A DNA stretch of 64,000 bases, taken from assembly GCA_003215185.1 (NCBI GenBank), contig QCKR01000001.1:21020-85019 (forward strand). Reading direction: 5' to 3'. The notes under the pieces were generated by a model. It did no database searches. It was given only the letters and a program-made list of their open reading frames with translations, and was not told where the DNA came from. Both the position numbers and the translations under genes were made by a program. Every line of letters begins with the position of its first letter. Positions within the stretch are counted from its first letter, which is position 1. This document shows positions 57,752-64,000 of this stretch, piece by piece. The stretch comes from Pelagibacteraceae bacterium AG-410-D23 (GTDB lineage Bacteria > Pseudomonadota > Alphaproteobacteria > Pelagibacterales > Pelagibacteraceae).

Positions 57752-59160
57752 TGAAAATTAAATCAAAAAAATCTTACATATTTTTTATATTTTTATATTT
57801 TTTCTTTAATGTTGAAGGAAATAGCAAGGAAGTTCCCAGCTCTTTTGCAGATTTAGCAGAAAAATTAATGCCTTCTGTTGTTAATATATCAACAACTCAA
57901 ACTGTAATTACTAATACAAACCCATTTCCATTCCAATTTCCTCCAGGTTCTCCATTTGAAGATATGTTTAAAGAGTTTGGAACACCTCAAAAGAAAAAAG
58001 CTAGTGCTTTGGGATCTGGTTTTATAATTGATTCAAATGGAATAGTAATAACTAATAATCACGTTATTAAAGGAGCAGAGGATATAATTGTTAGGGTTGA
58101 TGGAAACAAAGAGTATAAAGCAACAGTAATAGGTTCTGACCCATTGTCAGATATTGCAGTTTTAAAAATTAAATCAAAAGGAAAGTTCATACCAGTCAAA
58201 TTTGGCGACTCAGATAAAGCTAGAATTGGTGATTGGGTAATAGCAATTGGAAACCCATTTGGTTTAGGAGGTACAGTTACTTCAGGAATTATTTCTGCAA
58301 GAAACAGAGATATTGGATTAACTAGATATGAAGATTATATTCAAACAGATGCATCAATAAACCAAGGAAATTCAGGAGGACCTCTTTTTGATATGAATGG
58401 TGATGTTATTGGAATCAATACAGCAATCTTAGGTCAATCAGGATCTATTGGAATTGGTTTTGCAATACCATCAAATTCTGCAAAAAAAGTAATTAATCAA
58501 TTAATTGAATTTGGAGAAACAAAGAGAGGATGGCTTGGAGTTAGAATTCAAGTGGTAACAAAAGAAATTGCAGATGTTGAAAAATTAGATGAACCAAGAG
58601 GTGCTCTTGTAGCTAGTGTTGCGGAAGGAGGCCCATCTGACAAAGCAGGAATTAAGTCTGGTGATATTATTTTAGAGTTTAACGGTGTTTTAATAAATGA
58701 GATGAAAGAATTACCAAAAATTGTGGCTCAAACAGAAGTAGGAAAAACGGTAAAAGTTAAAATTTGGAGAAATAAAAAAGAAATTACGAAAAAAATAATT
58801 CTAGGAAGATTAGAAACATCCGAAGATTTTGCAAAAGCTAAACAAGTCGAAAAACCAAAAGATTCACAAATAGAAATTTTAAAAATAAATGTAAGACCAG
58901 TTGAAAAAATAGATATTGAAGAAAGAAATTTACCAAAAAACACTAAAGGCCTAGTCATTACAAAAATAGCTAATGATAGTCCAATTAACTATCTAAACAT
59001 TGGTAATATAATTGTTGAAGCGCAAAAGAAAGCGATCAAAACTATTGGAGATTTAGAAATGGCTGTTAGTGCAGCAATGAAATCAAGTGAAAAAACACTA
59101 TTAATAGTAGTTTATAACAATCAAAACCAAAAAAGATATATTGGTGTTAAGCTAAATTAA
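57751..59160 (+). CDS. degP: DegP/Do serine protease with two PDZ domains
   Basis: GSGFII, TNNHV, DIAVL, QTDASINQGNSGGPL, RGWLGV. Confidence 0.93.
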   Translation: MKIKSKKSYIFFIFLYFFFNVEGNSKEVPSSFADLAEKLMPSVVNISTTQTVITNTNPFPFQFPPGSPFEDMFKEFGTPQKKKASALGSGFIIDSNGIVITNNHVIKGAEDIIVRVDGNKEYKATVIGSDPLSDIAVLKIKSKGKFIPVKFGDSDKARIGDWVIAIGNPFGLGGTVTSGIISARNRDIGLTRYEDYIQTDASINQGNSGGPLFDMNGDVIGINTAILGQSGSIGIGFAIPSNSAKKVINQLIEFGETKRGWLGVRIQVVTKEIADVEKLDEPRGALVASVAEGGPSDKAGIKSGDIILEFNGVLINEMKELPKIVAQTEVGKTVKVKIWRNKKEITKKIILGRLETSEDFAKAKQVEKPKDSQIEILKINVRPVEKIDIEERNLPKNTKGLVITKIANDSPINYLNIGNIIVEAQKKAIKTIGDLEMAVSAAMKSSEKTLLIVVYNNQNQKRYIGVKLN

Positions 59161-59164
59161 TCAA

Positions 59165-60076
59165 ATGGACCTAAAGTCCAAAATAATATTAATTTCAGGT
59201 CCCACAGCTTCAGGAAAATCTAAATTTGCTATAAAAGTTGCAAAAAAAATTAATGGTGAAATCATTAATGCAGACAGTATGCAAGTTTATAAGCAGCTTA
59301 AAATATTAACTGCCCGTCCTAAAAAAATTGATCAAAAAAACATAACTCATCATCTTTATGGCTTTCAAAATGTAAAAAAAAATTTTTCTACTGGAAATTG
59401 GTTAAAATTGGCTACTAGAAAAATAAATGAAATAAAAAAAAAAAATAAAATACCAATTTTAGTTGGAGGAACAGGTCTTTATTTTAAATCTCTAACTGAT
59501 GGATTGGTAAAAATACCAAATATTCCAAAAAAAATTAGAGAAGAAACTAGATTATTGCAAAAAAATATAGGTCAAAAAAAATTTTATAAAAAACTTATTA
59601 AATTTGATCCATTAGTAAAAAATAATATTAACTCAAATGATGTTCAAAGATCTATAAGAGCTTTTGAAATTAAAAAATTTACAAAACTTTCAATTATGCA
59701 ATGGTTTCAAAAAACAAAAATTTTATTTGATGTCGATTGTTTTGTTAAAATATATATAGATTTTCCAAGAGATGAATTGGTTGAAAGGATAAAAGAGAGA
59801 GTCGACCGTATGTTCAATGAAGGTGCAATCGAAGAAGTTAAAAGATACAAAAAAATAAAAATTAAATCTGAAAATAGTTCAAATAAAGTAATCGGAATTC
59901 AAGAAATTGGAAAATACTTGGAGGGAGACCTAGATTTAAGACAAACAAAAGAGATAATTTACATAAAAACTAGACAATACGCTAAAAGACAAACAACATG
60001 GGCAAGAGGTCAAATGATTTCATGGCAAATGATTTCTCCCCAAGATCTAAATAAGTACTTAAAAAAATTTAAATAG
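59165..60076 (+). CDS. miaA: tRNA dimethylallyltransferase
   Basis: GPTASGKS, NADSMQVY, VGGTGLY, TRQYAKRQTTW. Confidence 0.97.
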   Translation: MDLKSKIILISGPTASGKSKFAIKVAKKINGEIINADSMQVYKQLKILTARPKKIDQKNITHHLYGFQNVKKNFSTGNWLKLATRKINEIKKKNKIPILVGGTGLYFKSLTDGLVKIPNIPKKIREETRLLQKNIGQKKFYKKLIKFDPLVKNNINSNDVQRSIRAFEIKKFTKLSIMQWFQKTKILFDVDCFVKIYIDFPRDELVERIKERVDRMFNEGAIEEVKRYKKIKIKSENSSNKVIGIQEIGKYLEGDLDLRQTKEIIYIKTRQYAKRQTTWARGQMISWQMISPQDLNKYLKKFK

Positions 60077-60089
60077 TAGCTTCTTAAAC

Positions 60090-60119
60090 TTGACCAATTA
60101 GTACAACTTCAGCTAGATT
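60090..60119 (+). promoter_or_regulatory. Putative ilvB promoter
   Basis: TTGACC-N18-TAGATT, ending 6 nt before the ATG. Confidence 0.45.
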
Positions 60120-60125
60120 GAGCGT

Positions 60126-61889
60126 ATGTCAAAATTGTATTCAGGCGCAGAAATTGTTTTTAAGTGCATGGAAGACCAAGGTGTAGAAACTATCTTTGGA
60201 TATCCAGGAGGTGCAGTTTTACCAATTTATGATGAATTAAAAAATCATCAAACTGTTAAACATATTTTAGTTCGTCATGAACAAGGTGCCGGACATGCTG
60301 CCGAAGGTTATGCAAGATCAACAGGAAAACCAGGAGTACTTTTAGTTACATCGGGACCAGGTGCAACAAACGCAGTAACAGCATTAACTGATGCCTACAT
60401 GGATTCCGTTCCTTTAGTTTGTATATCCGGACAAGTTCCAACACACTTAATTGGAACAGACGCTTTTCAAGAGTGTGATACAACGGGAATTACAAGACCA
60501 TGTACAAAACATAATTGGTTGGTTAAAGATATTAACAACTTAGCAAAAACAATTCATAAAGCATTTGAAGTAGCAACAACAGGAAGACCAGGCCCCGTTC
60601 TTGTTGATATACCTAAAGATGTTCAATTTAAAAAAACAAACTATACAAAATATAAAAAACAAAAAAAATTAAATGGGAAAAAAAATCATTTTTCACATAA
60701 AGAAATTAATGAACTAATAAATTTAATGAGCAAATCAACAAAGCCAATATTTTATACTGGTGGAGGAGTTATTAATTCAGGACCAAAAGCTAGTGATCTT
60801 TTAAGAGAGCTTGTTAATATTACAGGATTTCCAATAACTTCTACACTACAAGGATTAGGAGCTTATCCAGGAGATGACAATCAGTTTTTAGGTATGTTGG
60901 GTATGCATGGATCTTACGAAGCTAATAATGCCATGCATGATTGTGATCTAATGATAAATATAGGCGCAAGATTTGATGATCGAATTACTGGTAAGCTTGA
61001 TGAATTTTCGCCAAAATCAAAAAAAGTTCATATCGATATTGATCCTTCTTCAATAAATAAAAATGTTAAAGTTGATTTGCCAATCATAGGAGATGTTTCT
61101 GAAGTTATTAGTTCTACAATCAAGAGTATAAAAAGAACAAAACCTAACTTTGCAAAATCAAATAAACAAAAAATTTCTAAATGGTGGGAACAAATTGATA
61201 AATGGAGATCAATTAAGTCATTTAATTATGTTAATAGTACAGAGACAATAAAACCACAATATGCAGTTCAAAGACTTTATGAATTAACAAAAAAAGAAGA
61301 TACTTACATAACAACTGAAGTTGGCCAACATCAAATGTGGGCAGCTCAACATTATAAGTTCGATAAACCTAATCGTTGGATGACATCGGGGGGCTTAGGT
61401 ACTATGGGTTATGGTTTACCAGCTGCAGTAGGAGTTCAAGTAGCTCATCCAAAAAAATTAGTTATTGATATTGCAGGAGAAGCTTCAGTTTTAATGACCA
61501 TGCAAGAAATGTCTACGGCAGTACAGTACAGCTTGCCTATTAAAATTTTTATTTTAAATAATGAATACATGGGAATGGTCCGACAATGGCAGGAGCTTTT
61601 GCATGGTAAAAATTATTCTGAAAGTTATACTGCTGCTTTACCTGATTTTGTTAAATTGGCTGAGGCATACGGATGTGTTGGTTTAAGAGCCACTAAACCT
61701 GAGGAATTAGATGACAAAATTATTGAAATGATTAATACAGATAGACCAGTAATATTTGATTGCTTGGTAGATAAAGAAGAGAACTGCTTTCCAATGATAC
61801 CATCAGGAAAACCACATAATCAAATGCTTTTAGGGCCACAAGATAAAAAGGCAAATAAAATAACAGGGAAAGGAAAAACTTTAGTTTAA
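60126..61889 (+). CDS. ilvB: Acetolactate synthase large subunit
   Basis: FGYPGGAVLP, RHEQGA, TSGPGATN, RFDDR, GGLGTMG, GMVRQWQ. Confidence 0.97.
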   Translation: MSKLYSGAEIVFKCMEDQGVETIFGYPGGAVLPIYDELKNHQTVKHILVRHEQGAGHAAEGYARSTGKPGVLLVTSGPGATNAVTALTDAYMDSVPLVCISGQVPTHLIGTDAFQECDTTGITRPCTKHNWLVKDINNLAKTIHKAFEVATTGRPGPVLVDIPKDVQFKKTNYTKYKKQKKLNGKKNHFSHKEINELINLMSKSTKPIFYTGGGVINSGPKASDLLRELVNITGFPITSTLQGLGAYPGDDNQFLGMLGMHGSYEANNAMHDCDLMINIGARFDDRITGKLDEFSPKSKKVHIDIDPSSINKNVKVDLPIIGDVSEVISSTIKSIKRTKPNFAKSNKQKISKWWEQIDKWRSIKSFNYVNSTETIKPQYAVQRLYELTKKEDTYITTEVGQHQMWAAQHYKFDKPNRWMTSGGLGTMGYGLPAAVGVQVAHPKKLVIDIAGEASVLMTMQEMSTAVQYSLPIKIFILNNEYMGMVRQWQELLHGKNYSESYTAALPDFVKLAEAYGCVGLRATKPEELDDKIIEMINTDRPVIFDCLVDKEENCFPMIPSGKPHNQMLLGPQDKKANKITGKGKTLV

Positions 61890-62437
61890 TGGCTAATCCA
61901 AAATCAGCATATAGCATTCCTGGAAAATTAGGTAAATTTGATACACATATTATTGTTGTATGGGTAGATAATGAAGCTGGAGTTTTAGCAAGAGTAGTAG
62001 GTTTATTTTCTGGTCGAGGTTATAATATTGAGTCTTTAGCAGTTGCTGAGGTTGATCCTAAATTAAATATTTCAAGAATTACAATAGTAACTACTGGAAC
62101 TCCACAAGTAATAGAGCAAATAAAATTACAATTAAAAAAACTTGTACCTGTACATAAGGTAGCTGATTTCAAAAGAGAAGATAAAAAAGTAATTTTTAAA
62201 GAAATGGCTTTATTTAAAGTGGTCGGCAATAGTGCAAAAAAAGAAAAGGCTCTAAAAGCTTGCAAAAAGTATAATCCAGTTATATTGGACAAGACAAATA
62301 AATCATACGTGATACAAATAACTGCTTTAAGAAGAGATATAGATATAATGTCAAAAAATTTAAAAAAATTTGGTCTAGTAAGTGTATCAAGGACAGGTGC
62401 GGTTGCAATGACAAGAGGTTCAGAAGTATTTAAATAA
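61889..62437 (+). CDS. ilvN: Acetolactate synthase small subunit
   Basis: NEAGVLARVVGLFSGRGYNIESL ACT domain, RTG. Confidence 0.95.
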   Translation: MANPKSAYSIPGKLGKFDTHIIVVWVDNEAGVLARVVGLFSGRGYNIESLAVAEVDPKLNISRITIVTTGTPQVIEQIKLQLKKLVPVHKVADFKREDKKVIFKEMALFKVVGNSAKKEKALKACKKYNPVILDKTNKSYVIQITALRRDIDIMSKNLKKFGLVSVSRTGAVAMTRGSEVFK

Positions 62438-63478
<1,041 letters not shown>

Positions 63479-63568
63479 TTTTTACCTGTCAATTTTGAGT
63501 TAAAAGTTTTATTTTATTTTGCAATCTGAGCGAGAGGCTGTATGATGCCCAAGCTAAATATTAGTAAT

Positions 63569-64000
63569 ATGTCAGATAAAAATAGAGTTTATATTTTCGA
63601 TACTACAATGCGTGATGGCGAACAATCGCCTGGCGCATCAATGAGTTTGGAAGAAAAAATCCAAATTGCTAGAGTATTTGATGAACTTGGAATTGATATT
63701 ATAGAAGCTGGATTTCCAATTGCATCACCTGGTGATTTTGAAGCAGTAACAGAAGTAAGTAAAATCTTAAAAAATTCTATTCCTGCAGGTCTTTCTAGAC
63801 ATTCAAAAAAAGACATAGATAGATGTTACGAAGCATTAAAACATGCACCAAGATTTAGAATTCACACTTTTATTTCAACTAGCCCACTTCATATGAAGCA
63901 CAAATTAAATATGTCAAAAGAACAAGTATACGACTCAGTAAAAGAACACGTTACCTACGCAAGAAAATTTACTGATGATGTTGAATGGTCGTGCGAAGAT
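63569..64000 (+). CDS. leuA: 2-isopropylmalate synthase (3' end truncated by window; not in the ORF track)
   Basis: MSDKNRVYIFDTTMRDGEQSPG...IIEAGFP...RIHTFISTS...VEWSCED. Confidence 0.95.
   Translation, partial: MSDKNRVYIFDTTMRDGEQSPGASMSLEEKIQIARVFDELGIDIIEAGFPIASPGDFEAVTEVSKILKNSIPAGLSRHSKKDIDRCYEALKHAPRFRIHTFISTSPLHMKHKLNMSKEQVYDSVKEHVTYARKFTDDVEWSCED

Overview
Very AT-rich, gene-dense alphaproteobacterial chromosome segment. It is most consistent with Candidatus Pelagibacter/SAR11 (inferred from composition, minimal spacers, permuted tmRNA, thyX and gene order). Left part (1-33.2 kb): envelope genes, tRNA-Ile2(CAU), mlaC/mlaA, an amidase and RNase P RNA. These are followed by a dcw cluster in which ftsZ sits directly behind mraZ, murE and murF are fused and ftsA is degenerate, then lpxC-bamD-ligA, aminopeptidase P, uvrD and fumC. 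Middle (33.2-47.8 kb): an accessory-looking metabolic/surface block (dhaK/L, OafA-like acyltransferase, selO-epoxide hydrolase-adenine deaminase-PhyH, PLP enzyme, MOSC, Ehu-type ABC transporter). Right part: two-piece tmRNA, thyX, three surface-modification genes, mrp, hflKC, degP, miaA, ilvBNC and the start of leuA. The main finding is a 2.83-kb cassette (47869-50713) at the 3' end of the permuted tmRNA gene. It is bounded by a 14-bp direct repeat and has three copies of an 11-bp arm-site-like repeat inside each end. It encodes only a RecB/Cas4-like nuclease, a putative restriction endonuclease and a C5 methyltransferase, with no integrase. It looks like a minimal, non-autonomous defence cassette mobilised in trans. 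All product calls come from motifs recognised by eye; no database searches were run.
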